The notes: generated by a model from the sequence alone, not told the origin. Shown: positions 9,720 to 19,608, numbered from the stretch's first letter. The stretch is 64,000 nt of DNA from Candidatus Woesearchaeota archaeon B3_Woes (GCA_005222965.1 NJBG01000001.1:675533-739532), one strand, 5' to 3'. Program-made: numbers and translations.

Positions 9720-10289
9720 ATGTTTATAACACCAAGAGAAGTAATAGATATTATCATTATGACCCTTGCAATAGGGTATATTTTCTCAACAATCATTAAA
9801 AGAGAACCAACACCTGGTTATGATCCTCTAAAATACTATCAAAAAAATCAGTTATGGGAAAATATAAAATTTGGTGCAATGATTGCAGCACCTGCTGTTG
9901 TTTTGCATGAACTAAGCCATAAATTTGTTGCAATGACCTATGGTGCAATAGCAACACTACACGCACCATTAGGTTGGTATCTTATAGTCATTATATTAAG
10001 AATCCTTAATTTCCCATTAGTTTTCTTTGTAGGAGGCTATGTAACACATACCCCTTTACCACCATTTGAATCAGCAATGGTGGCCTTAGCAGGCCCATTA
10101 ATGAATCTAATACTTTATGCAGGATTTACATATGTTGTCAAATACAAAATAATTCCAAAAAAATATTTTAGAATGGCCTTAATATCAGCAAAACTAAACA
10201 TGTTCCTTTTAATTTTTAACATGATTCCAATACCTGGATTTGATGGAAGCCACGTATTCTCAGGTTTGTTAACATATTTCGGATTATAG
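9720..10289 (+). CDS. M50-family (site-2) membrane metalloprotease
   Basis: HELSH, ALAGP, NMIPIPGFDG. Confidence 0.9.
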   Translation: MFITPREVIDIIIMTLAIGYIFSTIIKREPTPGYDPLKYYQKNQLWENIKFGAMIAAPAVVLHELSHKFVAMTYGAIATLHAPLGWYLIVIILRILNFPLVFFVGGYVTHTPLPPFESAMVALAGPLMNLILYAGFTYVVKYKIIPKKYFRMALISAKLNMFLLIFNMIPIPGFDGSHVFSGLLTYFGL

Positions 10290-10380
10290 ATTTTAAACAC
10301 CAATAATCTTTAAATATAATAATTTTTTTTATTAATTATGCACACTTTTAATTCTTTAAAGAAAGTAGAGGAATCGTATT

Positions 10381-11997
10381 ATGGTTAAATATATCGTCGT
10401 AGCAGGAGGTGTAATGAGTGGTGTTGGCAAGGGTGTTACTACAGCTTCTATTGGCAAAATACTGCAAGAGTATGGATATAAAACAACAGCAATAAAAATA
10501 GACCCTTATATTAATTGTGACGCTGGAACACTAAGACCAACAGAACACGGAGAAGTATGGGTCACAGATGATGGAGGGGAAATTGACCAGGATTTAGGAA
10601 ACTATGAAAGGTTTTTAGATATAGATATTCTCAAAAAAAACAATATTACAACCGGTCAGGTCTATCAGGCAATAATAGAAAAAGAAAGAACAGGAAAATA
10701 CCTAGGGGAAACAGTACAATTTATTCCCCATGTTCCAGAAGAAATAAAGAAAAGAGTAAGAGAAGCTTCTGAAGGATATGATGTTTGTTTAATTGAAATA
10801 GGCGGAACAATAGGAGATTTTGAAAACCTCCCCTTCTTATTTGCAATGAAAAGCCTAGAAAGAGATTTAGGTAAAAATAACTTAATCTACATCTTAATAA
10901 CATATCTTCCTATTATGGGCCATCTAAAAGAAATGAAAACAAAACCAACACAACAAGCTATTAGATTATTAAGCGAAAACGGAATATTTCCTGATTTTAT
11001 TGTTTGTAGAGCTGTAAACCCTTTAGACGATGTTAGGAAAAAGAAAATAGAAACATACGCTAATATAGCTTCAAAATATGTTATCTCAGAACCAGATGTT
11101 AAAACAATATATGAAGTACCTCTTGATTTGGAAAAAGATGATTTAGGCAAAAAAATACTTGAAAAATTAGACCTAACTCCTAAAAAAACACCAGATTTTA
11201 AAGAATGGTCTAAGCTAGTTGATGCTATAAGAAATCCCAAAACAAAAAAGAAAATTGCTATAATTGGCAAGTATGTTGATATTGGAGATTATAATCTAAT
11301 AGATTCTTATTTGTCAATAAACCAGGCATTAATCCATGCCAGCAGTTTATTAGATGTTGGGGTAGATATGGAATGGATTGACAGTAAAAAACTTGAAAAT
11401 GATGAAAAAGAAGTTGAAAACCTGAAAAATTATGATGGAATAATTGTTCCAGGAGGATTTGGAACAAGTGGAACAGAAGGAAAAATAAAAGCAATTGAAT
11501 TTACAAGACTAAACAATATACCTTTCTTAGGATTGTGCTTAGGAATGCAATTTGCAGTAATAGAATTTGCAAGAAACGTTTGTAATCTAGAAGGTGCAAA
11601 TTCAGTAGAGATAAATCCAGACACAAAACATCCTGTTATAGATATGCTAGAAGAACAAAAAGAAATTCTTTATGAAAGCAGATATGGAGCATCTATGAGG
11701 CTTGGATCTTATCCAGCAGAACTAAAAAAAGACACAAAAGTATGGGAATTATATGGAAAAAAAGACAAAATACACGAAAGACACAGGCACAGATATGAAG
11801 TAAATCCAGAATTCATACAACAATTAGAAGAAAAAGGATTAGTATTTTCAGGTGTTTCTCCTGACAGAAAACTAATGGAATTTTTAGAACTACCTGATCA
11901 TAAATTCTTTGTAGCAACACAATCTCATCCTGAATTTAAATCAAGATTCGGAAAATCAGCACCTTTATTCTACGGATTTCTTAACTCCATGTTGTAA
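10381..11997 (+). CDS. pyrG: CTP synthase
   Basis: GGVMSGVGKG, KIDPYIN, KTKPTQ, GLCLGMQ, HPEF. Confidence 0.98.
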   Translation: MVKYIVVAGGVMSGVGKGVTTASIGKILQEYGYKTTAIKIDPYINCDAGTLRPTEHGEVWVTDDGGEIDQDLGNYERFLDIDILKKNNITTGQVYQAIIEKERTGKYLGETVQFIPHVPEEIKKRVREASEGYDVCLIEIGGTIGDFENLPFLFAMKSLERDLGKNNLIYILITYLPIMGHLKEMKTKPTQQAIRLLSENGIFPDFIVCRAVNPLDDVRKKKIETYANIASKYVISEPDVKTIYEVPLDLEKDDLGKKILEKLDLTPKKTPDFKEWSKLVDAIRNPKTKKKIAIIGKYVDIGDYNLIDSYLSINQALIHASSLLDVGVDMEWIDSKKLENDEKEVENLKNYDGIIVPGGFGTSGTEGKIKAIEFTRLNNIPFLGLCLGMQFAVIEFARNVCNLEGANSVEINPDTKHPVIDMLEEQKEILYESRYGASMRLGSYPAELKKDTKVWELYGKKDKIHERHRHRYEVNPEFIQQLEEKGLVFSGVSPDRKLMEFLELPDHKFFVATQSHPEFKSRFGKSAPLFYGFLNSML

Positions 11998-12021
11998 ACT
12001 TATTGATTACCCCCTTATTAG

Positions 12022-12053
12022 AAGATTATCAATAATAAACTATTGATAATCTT
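12022..12053. repeat. perfect 13-bp-arm palindrome with 6-bp spacer
   Basis: aagattatcaata-ataaac-tattgataatctt, immediately left of the cassette. Confidence 0.85.
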
Positions 12054-12054
12054 A

Positions 12055-12176
12055 TGTTAAGTTCAATTGTGTTTAAGTTCCCTCTTCTTTTAGAAAAAGA
12101 AGCAAAATGGGGGAGTTCAGGTACTACGTACATGTTGCATTTTACTTCGTAAAATCTATTTATCTAAAAATAGATA
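12055..12176. repeat. left structured end of cassette
   Basis: tgttaagttc (12055-64), ttgtgtttaagttcc (12067-81), tgggggagttcag (12108-20) plus local hairpins. Confidence 0.85.
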
Positions 12177-12261
12177 TTTCAATCAAAATTTTATTCCAAT
12201 AATTGATATGAAGAAGGTATTCCAGTAAAGTTTATTAACAAATAAAATAACCAATTCTATT

Positions 12262-15200
12262 ATGACTACAAATTCAAAAGACGAAATAAAAATGTCACCT
12301 AAAACATTTTATCGTTCAAGAAGACCGCAATATTTTTCAGATTCTAAAGTAACTATAAAAAATGAACTTCCAAGAGAAATTTTAGCTTATGAATTAGAAA
12401 AAATTACTGCAAATCAAAAAGAAAATGAATTTGAAAGTTTATGCAGACGACTGGCTGAAAAATTAATTTGTCCTAACCTAATTCCTCAAGTCGGTCCTAC
12501 AGGAGGCGGAGATGGTAAAACTGATTCTGAAACCTATCCTGTCTCTCCAAATATTTCTGACAGATGGTTTATTCCAGAAAAAGGATGGGATAATAATCAA
12601 AAGTGGGCATTTGCTATAAGTGCAAAAGAAAAATGGAGAGATAAAGTAAAAAGTGATGTTAAAAAAATAGTTGATACCAAAAGAGGATATACTAAAATAT
12701 TTTTTATGACAAATCAACTTGTATCAAGCAAGAAGAAAAAAGATAAACAAGATGAATTAAAAGATGAACATAAAATTGAAGTTATTATTCTTGATAAAGA
12801 ATGGATTTTAGAAAAAGTGTATGGTAATCAATTAATTGATATTGTAATAAATAGTTTAAATTTGACTCAATCTTATTCAAATAAAATAGAAGAAATAGGG
12901 TCTAATGATTCTTTAAGAAAAGAAGAATTAGAAGAAATTGAAAAAAATATTAATAACCCAAAATATTATGAGATTTATGATTTTCAATTAGTTGAAGACT
13001 CAATTAGATCTGCAATTTTATCTAGAGAATTAGAAAAACCAAAAGATGAAATAGAAGGAAAATTTCAAAGAGCTGAACGATTTTGTAAAAAAGTAAATCT
13101 AGATAAACAATGGCTAAGAATTTACTATCAAAAAGCGTGGACTTTTTTTTGGTGGTTCGAAGATTATGAAATGTTTATTGAGAATTATAAACTTTTTAAA
13201 ACATTTTTGAAAGATACAAATCAAATATTAGATGTAGAAAATTATATGAATTTATTTAATCTTCTTAGAGTTTGTTCTTCTAAAGTTGATTTAAAAAAGA
13301 TCGGTATTGATTTTAAAAAAGAGAAAGAAAACTTATTTGTTTTTATTGACAAAATTGAGAAAGATAAAGAAAGACCGAATTCTCAACTTACTGCCAAATC
13401 TTTTAAACTTATTATTGAGCTAACTGATAGTATTACTAGTAAAGGTGATAATTTAGACTTACTGCTTACTGAAATCAAAAATGTGCTAGTAAAAAGTGAA
13501 GATTATATTGAATTTCCATTCGAATCAACAAAAAATATTATTCAAGAAATAGGAAATATTATTTCTGATTTGAAGGAATATGATGAATTAATCGATATTT
13601 TAGTTAATATTTCTGAAAAACGTAACTCTCAAAGAGCAGCAGGTTTAATTTACTTTGAGAGAGGAAGACAATATTTCTTAAACGAAAAATACAACTCTTG
13701 TATTCAATATTTTGGTAAAGCTATTGTTAAATTATCTAAAGAAGAATCAAATGAGGAATTATTATATTTAATTTTTAGAGCTTTAAGTGAGTCATATAAA
13801 AATATGGGGCTAATATGGGCTTCATATAGTAGCAATGTTATGGCAACATATTATTCATTGAAACCATTTTTTAATAAACAAAGATTAACTAAAAATGCAA
13901 TTAATTGTCTTAAAGAAATGTGCTACATTGAATTAAAGATAGGAAGATTACCTTTGCTATTTTCATGGTATGAAGCATATTTTACCCTAGCAAAACAATT
14001 TAATATAAGAAATGAAGAAGATATAAGTTTTGGGGATGACTTAACCATAATAGATGGTTGTTTAGGGGTTAGGTTATTAAATTCAAAATGGAATCGTATT
14101 AAAACACAATCATTATTACCAGATGTATTGGAAAATTTAAATCTGTGGATGTCAAGAAAAGCATTAATATATTTATTAGGATATGAAGACTTGATCTGTA
14201 AGGAAAGTAATGATGACCAATTTGCGAAGGGAGAAAATCTAAATGAGTTTTTTACAAAATGGGCGAACCAACCATTCACCGAAGATATGGTTTATAGTAC
14301 TGAATTTTATAATGGTGAAGATATTACTTTAAAGTCAAAGGTTCTTGGAATTGAATTAGTTATTAATATTAAAAATGATTCAGATTCCATTCTTTATGCA
14401 GAAATGATATTAAGTCATGTTGAATCATTTTTTGCTACTAGTTTAAACAAAATATATCCTAAAAAGGATAAAATTAGTATTAATCTCATATTAGAAGAAA
14501 ATGATAAATCGGTTTCATTCAAATCAAATAATAATGGTAAATATAATTATGAATTTATAATTGATATTTCAAAAATTAACAAATCTAGTGAAAAAAATAC
14601 TTTGCCCGATGAATTAAAATCATTCATTATAGATTTATTTTCTAAGCATTTAATAATTGATAATGTTGAAAAATATTTCAAAGACCTATTTGAGCAAGAA
14701 GAAGTTCAAGAAAGAATTGCTTTTAGCTACAATCATCCTATAATTATTAAAAATATTTTAGGAGAATCACCTAAATTTCATTTGAAAAACTGGACAGAAC
14801 TCAGTAAATTAAAAAAATATGATTTAAAGCGTAAAGAACCAATTATATTTACAAATAAAAACGAAGATTCTTCAACATCTAAAAAAATTAATGACTTAAG
14901 TAATTTACGCCATGATAATCGAAAAATGGTCTCATTTATTAATATAGATTTATGGGATAAAGCTAAATGGGAGGGAGTAGGTTTAGGTTTTCATCCTAAA
15001 TTAGGACCTTTTATTGCAATCTGTTTTCAAGACATAGCAATTGGAAAACAAATATTTAAAGAATTAATTGATAAAATTGGAAAGACAGATACAAATGAGA
15101 AACTTCGTCTCTCTATAATTAGAGGTACAAATAAAAAACATCCTCATTGGTATAAAGTTCATTTAGGAACAAATTTAAATAAATTTGAGTTTAAAGAAAA

Positions 15201-15513
15201 AACATACATAACTGCTTCCAGAATTCACGAGATGAATCCTTATAATGATACAAATATTAAAAATTTTATTGAATTATATAGGGAACATAAAGAATATTAT
15301 TTAATGCCTGGGAAGATGTCGCTAGACAAAAAAGGAGTTGAACCATTTTTCGAATTAGGAATTAAAAAAAAGGAATTAAATATATCCTTTGCTTGGAAGA
15401 TTGATAGAAATAATCCTGATTTGGTAGTAATTCGAGAAGGTGATGAACCTTATATTCCTGATGATGTTAAGGATGCACCCGTAAACGATTTATTAAAAAA
15501 AATCAAAAAATAA
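12262..15513 (+). CDS. 1083-aa protein: N-terminal PD-(D/E)XK/Mrr-like nuclease fold plus TPR-like helical region; candidate defence protein
   Basis: FESLCRRL..GGGDGKTD..AFAISAK N-terminal pattern; TPR-like segment YFERGRQYF..YFGKAIVKL..ALSESYKNMG. Confidence 0.6.
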   Translation: MTTNSKDEIKMSPKTFYRSRRPQYFSDSKVTIKNELPREILAYELEKITANQKENEFESLCRRLAEKLICPNLIPQVGPTGGGDGKTDSETYPVSPNISDRWFIPEKGWDNNQKWAFAISAKEKWRDKVKSDVKKIVDTKRGYTKIFFMTNQLVSSKKKKDKQDELKDEHKIEVIILDKEWILEKVYGNQLIDIVINSLNLTQSYSNKIEEIGSNDSLRKEELEEIEKNINNPKYYEIYDFQLVEDSIRSAILSRELEKPKDEIEGKFQRAERFCKKVNLDKQWLRIYYQKAWTFFWWFEDYEMFIENYKLFKTFLKDTNQILDVENYMNLFNLLRVCSSKVDLKKIGIDFKKEKENLFVFIDKIEKDKERPNSQLTAKSFKLIIELTDSITSKGDNLDLLLTEIKNVLVKSEDYIEFPFESTKNIIQEIGNIISDLKEYDELIDILVNISEKRNSQRAAGLIYFERGRQYFLNEKYNSCIQYFGKAIVKLSKEESNEELLYLIFRALSESYKNMGLIWASYSSNVMATYYSLKPFFNKQRLTKNAINCLKEMCYIELKIGRLPLLFSWYEAYFTLAKQFNIRNEEDISFGDDLTIIDGCLGVRLLNSKWNRIKTQSLLPDVLENLNLWMSRKALIYLLGYEDLICKESNDDQFAKGENLNEFFTKWANQPFTEDMVYSTEFYNGEDITLKSKVLGIELVINIKNDSDSILYAEMILSHVESFFATSLNKIYPKKDKISINLILEENDKSVSFKSNNNGKYNYEFIIDISKINKSSEKNTLPDELKSFIIDLFSKHLIIDNVEKYFKDLFEQEEVQERIAFSYNHPIIIKNILGESPKFHLKNWTELSKLKKYDLKRKEPIIFTNKNEDSSTSKKINDLSNLRHDNRKMVSFINIDLWDKAKWEGVGLGFHPKLGPFIAICFQDIAIGKQIFKELIDKIGKTDTNEKLRLSIIRGTNKKHPHWYKVHLGTNLNKFEFKEKTYITASRIHEMNPYNDTNIKNFIELYREHKEYYLMPGKMSLDKKGVEPFFELGIKKKELNISFAWKIDRNNPDLVVIREGDEPYIPDDVKDAPVNDLLKKIKK

Positions 15514-15539
15514 TTCTTTTTTATACTTGTTCTTAATGT

Positions 15540-15680
15540 GTCGCTTCGCTCTTTTGAAGGAACTGAACTCCCCCAGTGCTACGCACATATAGTCTTGACT
15601 TTGTCAAGAATTTATTGGAACTTAAACACAACTCTGCGGACGCAGTTTTCCCACACTTTGTATTGTAAAAGAACTTAACA
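15540..15680. repeat. right structured end of cassette
   Basis: ctgaactccccca (15563-75), ggaacttaaacacaa (15617-31), gaacttaaca (15671-80) plus local hairpins. Confidence 0.85.
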
Positions 15681-15769
15681 AGACCCAATGTTAGACAATA
15701 TAACTCCTTCTAATGCAGCAACGCATTAATTACGAAACCTTTATAAAATACTTATTTATTTCAGTTGAT

Positions 15770-17104
15770 ATGGGGGAAGAAGAACAGAAGAAAGAGGAAC
15801 ATGCTGAAGAAGAGAATTCTATTCATGAAACTATTGAAGAACCTAAATCAGAAGAAGATATCTATAAGAAAGAAGACAGAAAAGAAATGGTGGATGATGC
15901 TGAAATAAGTCCTGAAGAAGAAGGATTTATGAAAGGTTATGATAAAGCAGATGAAGAAAAACCAGAAGAAAAAGTTGAAGAACAACCTAAAAAAGAACTA
16001 ATCGAAGAAAAAAAAGAAAAACAAACAAAAAAAGAAAAACATAAAGAAAAAGTAAAAAAAGAAAAAAAAACTCTAAAACAAACAATAAAACACTTATATG
16101 AAAAAAAATACAAAAAATTACTAATCATTCCATTCACTTTACTAATACTTTCTTTAATTCTAATAGGAATTCAAATAGCAACAACTGGAGATTTTATAAG
16201 AAAAGACGTAAGCCTAAGTGGCGGAATAACAATAACAATCCAATCAGATAAAGACGTAAATGTTCTTGATATTAAAGATTATTTAAACAATCAATTCCCT
16301 GATTCAGAGCTATCTGTTAGAGGCCTAAAACAAACAGGAAGACAAATCGGATTAATAATTGAAGGAACAGAAGATATTGAATCAGAACAAATAATTACTT
16401 CTCTAACTTCAAAAATAGGTGAATTAGAAAAAGATCAATACAGCGTTGCTGTAATGGGTTCTAGCCTAGGGGCAAGCTTTTTCAGAGAAACAATCAAAGC
16501 AATATACATTTCATTCCTTTTTATGGGCATTGTTATCTTCTTATATTTTAGCAAAGGAACCAAAATAAAAATAATATCAACATTTCTTACTCTTATTGCA
16601 GCTATGTTAATGTTTGGTGGAAGCCACTCAACACTAAAAAGTGTAATAGCATATCTTATTGGAATAACTCTACTTGTAATTTATTTTAAAAAAAGCATTC
16701 CTAGCTTTGTGGTTATCCTTAATGTTTTCTCAGATGTCATTGTCACACTAGCCATAATAGACTTAATTGGTATGAAACTATCTACAGCAGGAATCGCAGC
16801 ATTCCTAATGATTATTGGTTATTCTGTTGATACTAACATATTATTATCTACTAAACTTCTCAAAAGAAAAGAAGGAACAGTTTTTGAGAGGCTTATTGGT
16901 TCTATGAAAACAGGATTAACAATGACACTAACAACATCAGTAGCAATAATTGTAGCACTTATGTTTACACAATCTAGTGTTATACAGCAAATAATGACCA
17001 TACTATTTATTGGATTGATAGTAGATATGATATATACATGGCTGCAAAATGCAGGAATCCTAAGATTATACTTAGACAAAAAAAACAATGAAACACAAAG
17101 CTAA
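15770..17104 (+). CDS. secF: protein translocase subunit SecF with long acidic/charged N-terminal extension
   Basis: DVSLSGG, AGIAAFLMIIGYSVDTNILL; start MGEEEQK downstream of BRE/TATA. Confidence 0.88.
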   Translation: MGEEEQKKEEHAEEENSIHETIEEPKSEEDIYKKEDRKEMVDDAEISPEEEGFMKGYDKADEEKPEEKVEEQPKKELIEEKKEKQTKKEKHKEKVKKEKKTLKQTIKHLYEKKYKKLLIIPFTLLILSLILIGIQIATTGDFIRKDVSLSGGITITIQSDKDVNVLDIKDYLNNQFPDSELSVRGLKQTGRQIGLIIEGTEDIESEQIITSLTSKIGELEKDQYSVAVMGSSLGASFFRETIKAIYISFLFMGIVIFLYFSKGTKIKIISTFLTLIAAMLMFGGSHSTLKSVIAYLIGITLLVIYFKKSIPSFVVILNVFSDVIVTLAIIDLIGMKLSTAGIAAFLMIIGYSVDTNILLSTKLLKRKEGTVFERLIGSMKTGLTMTLTTSVAIIVALMFTQSSVIQQIMTILFIGLIVDMIYTWLQNAGILRLYLDKKNNETQS

Positions 17105-18812
17105 AAAAATATTCAAGAATTTAAGAGTAATCATAACTTTAGTAGCTATTGTATTAGCAATAGTTGCTATACATCCTTCTACAGCTGATGGGGTCACAAT
17201 AAGAAGTGTTAAAACAAATAGTTCTGCTTCTATAGCAGGGATTGTAAGTCCAAAACCAACAGCTCCCCCAACAAGCAAGGAAAGAATAATATCTATGAAT
17301 AATGTTCCTATTAATGATATTTCAGATTATCATGATTTTGTTAAAGATTTACAACCAAATAGAACAGTTCAGGTAAAAACAAATGTAAAATTTTACAGAC
17401 TAATCACAAAACCAAAACTAAACATAACAATACTCAGTAAATTAGAACCAAAAACAATTCAAGAAACAATTCAGGTTAATGAAACCATCAACGAAACTAT
17501 AACCTTATTAAATAAAAAAATAAACAAAACAATCTGGGTTAACAAAACAACTAGCGAAGTTATTGGCACAGAAGATCTTGGCTTATCTGTTTATAATTCT
17601 CCATCAAATAATATAAGAAAAGGTCTTGACCTACAAGGTGGAACAAGAGTTTTACTAACACCAGAAGAACCAATAGACCAAGACAGTATGGATATTCTAC
17701 TTGAAAATATGAAGTACAGGCTTAACATATTTGGTCTAAGCGATGTTGTTGTTAGAGAATCAACTGATTTATCAGGAAACCAATATATATTGGTTGAAAT
17801 AGCAGGAGCAAACGAAGACGAAGTCAAAGAATTAATGGCCAAACAAGGCAAATTCGAAGCAAAAATATCAAATCAAACAGTGTTTAAAGGTGGACAAGAC
17901 ATAACCTATGTTTGTAAATCAGCAGATTGTTCTGGTATTGACCCAAACAGACCATGTGGTCCTTCAGGCGAAGGATGGGTATGTAGATTTAGTTTCTCAA
18001 TTGCACTAAGTCCAGAAGCTGCAAGAAGACAAGCAGATTTAACATCTAATTTAGAAATTATATCTAATGAAAATAATGATGAATTCTTAAGCGAAAAACT
18101 CCAATTATACCTAGACGATTCTTTAGTTGATGAACTAAATATTGGAGAAGATCTAAAAGGACGAGCTGTAACAGACATTCAAATATCCGGTTCTGGGGCA
18201 GGCAAAACTCAACAAGAAGGAATTTTTAATACTCTTGCAAATATGAAAAGGCTTCAAACAATACTAGTAACAGGAAGTTTACCTGTTAAACTAAACATAG
18301 TAAAAACAGATAACATCTCACCTAGTTTAGGAGAAGAATTCATAAAATCAGCTGTGACAATTGGTTTGTTAGCAATACTATCTGTTTTTATTGTTACAAC
18401 ATTAAGATATAGAAAATTAAAAATTACAATCCCAATCGTATTAACTTCCCTTATAGAAGTAACTCTCTTATTAGGAGTTGCAGCTGTTATTGGATGGAAT
18501 CTAGACTTAGCAGCTATTGCAGGTATTATAATTGCAGTGGGTACTGGTATTGATCACCAAATTGTTATCACAGATGAAACTATAAAAGGAGAACAAGCTA
18601 ATATTTATGATTGGAAAAAGAAAATAAAAAACGCATTCTTTATAATAATGGGTGCCTATTTCACTACAGTTGTTGCAATGCTTCCTCTGATATCTGCAGG
18701 AGCAGGTTTGTTAAAAGGATTTGCAATAACAACAATAATTGGAGTTAGTATAGGTGTATTTATCACAAGGCCAGCATATGCTGCTGTAATTGAAATATTG
18801 CTAAAAGAATAA
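17088..18812 (+). CDS. secD: protein translocase subunit SecD
   Basis: KGLDLQGG, LDLAAIAGIIIAVGTGIDHQIVI, LKGFAITTIIG. Confidence 0.93.
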   Translation: MKHKAKKIFKNLRVIITLVAIVLAIVAIHPSTADGVTIRSVKTNSSASIAGIVSPKPTAPPTSKERIISMNNVPINDISDYHDFVKDLQPNRTVQVKTNVKFYRLITKPKLNITILSKLEPKTIQETIQVNETINETITLLNKKINKTIWVNKTTSEVIGTEDLGLSVYNSPSNNIRKGLDLQGGTRVLLTPEEPIDQDSMDILLENMKYRLNIFGLSDVVVRESTDLSGNQYILVEIAGANEDEVKELMAKQGKFEAKISNQTVFKGGQDITYVCKSADCSGIDPNRPCGPSGEGWVCRFSFSIALSPEAARRQADLTSNLEIISNENNDEFLSEKLQLYLDDSLVDELNIGEDLKGRAVTDIQISGSGAGKTQQEGIFNTLANMKRLQTILVTGSLPVKLNIVKTDNISPSLGEEFIKSAVTIGLLAILSVFIVTTLRYRKLKITIPIVLTSLIEVTLLLGVAAVIGWNLDLAAIAGIIIAVGTGIDHQIVITDETIKGEQANIYDWKKKIKNAFFIIMGAYFTTVVAMLPLISAGAGLLKGFAITTIIGVSIGVFITRPAYAAVIEILLKE

Positions 18813-18813
18813 A

Positions 18814-19485
18814 ATGAAAACAGTTGTTTTATCATTAGGAGGATCATTAATAGCACCAAAAGGTGTTGATTATTCTTTCTTAAAAAAATTCAGAAAACCA
18901 ATCCTAGATTTTATAAAAAAAGGAAACAGGGTTATAATTGTGTGTGGTGGAGGAAAAACCTGTAGAAAATATATTAATGCAGCTAGCAAAATAACAAAAA
19001 TATCTAATGAAAATCTAGATAGGTTAGGAATCAAAGCTACTGAATTAAATGCAGAGCTTGTCAGAGTTATTTTTGCTAAATATGCATATTATAAAATTGA
19101 ACAGGATTATCATAAGAAAAATCTTAAATTTAAAATACTTCTAAGTTGTGGATATTTACCTGGATCTTCATCCGACTATGATGCAGTTATGTGGGCAAAG
19201 AACTATAATGCAGATTACTTAGTTAATATGACAAATGTAGATTATGTTTATACAAAAGATCCAAAATATAAAGATGCAAAAAAAATAGAAGCACTTGACT
19301 GGAATACTCTACAAAAAATAGTTGGAACTAAATGGAAAGCAGGTTCAAACTTCCCTTTTGACCCTATTGCTACAAAAATAGCAAAAAAAGCCAAACTAAA
19401 ACTAGCGTTTCTAAATGGAAAAAACATAAAAAACTTTGAAAAATTCCTTAATGGAAAAAAGTTCAAAGGAAGCATAATTTCTTAA
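18814..19485 (+). CDS. pyrH: uridylate kinase
   Basis: VLSLGGS, CGGG, TNVDYVYTKDP, FDP. Confidence 0.92.
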   Translation: MKTVVLSLGGSLIAPKGVDYSFLKKFRKPILDFIKKGNRVIIVCGGGKTCRKYINAASKITKISNENLDRLGIKATELNAELVRVIFAKYAYYKIEQDYHKKNLKFKILLSCGYLPGSSSDYDAVMWAKNYNADYLVNMTNVDYVYTKDPKYKDAKKIEALDWNTLQKIVGTKWKAGSNFPFDPIATKIAKKAKLKLAFLNGKNIKNFEKFLNGKKFKGSIIS

Positions 19486-19533
19486 CTACCAATAAGAAAT
19501 ATTTATAAACACTATTTCTATCCTCCTATTTAT

Positions 19534-19608
19534 GGTGGCCATGGTGTAGTCTGGTTAGCACCGGAGATTGTGGATCTTCGAGGGTGGGTTCAAATCCCAC
19601 TGGCCACC
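19534..19608 (+). tRNA. tRNA-His(GTG), encoded G-1
   Basis: Cloverleaf GTGGCCA/TGGCCAC, anticodon loop TTGTGGA, C discriminator. Confidence 0.95.

Larger units (their letters stand above)
12055..15680. mobile_element. putative non-autonomous single-gene cassette with segmented terminal inverted repeats
   Basis: Three complementary blocks at both ends (10, 15, 13 bp); TGT...ACA termini; lies between pyrG and secF; no transposase or integrase inside. Confidence 0.6.

Noticed and set aside
12050..15685. Target-site duplication for a DDE transposon
   Set aside because: Flanks tctta and agacc do not match
15674..15696. Canonical integron attC (acttaac...gttagac)
   Set aside because: R boxes are only 10 bp apart, leaving no room for L boxes; kept only as part of the cassette-end finding
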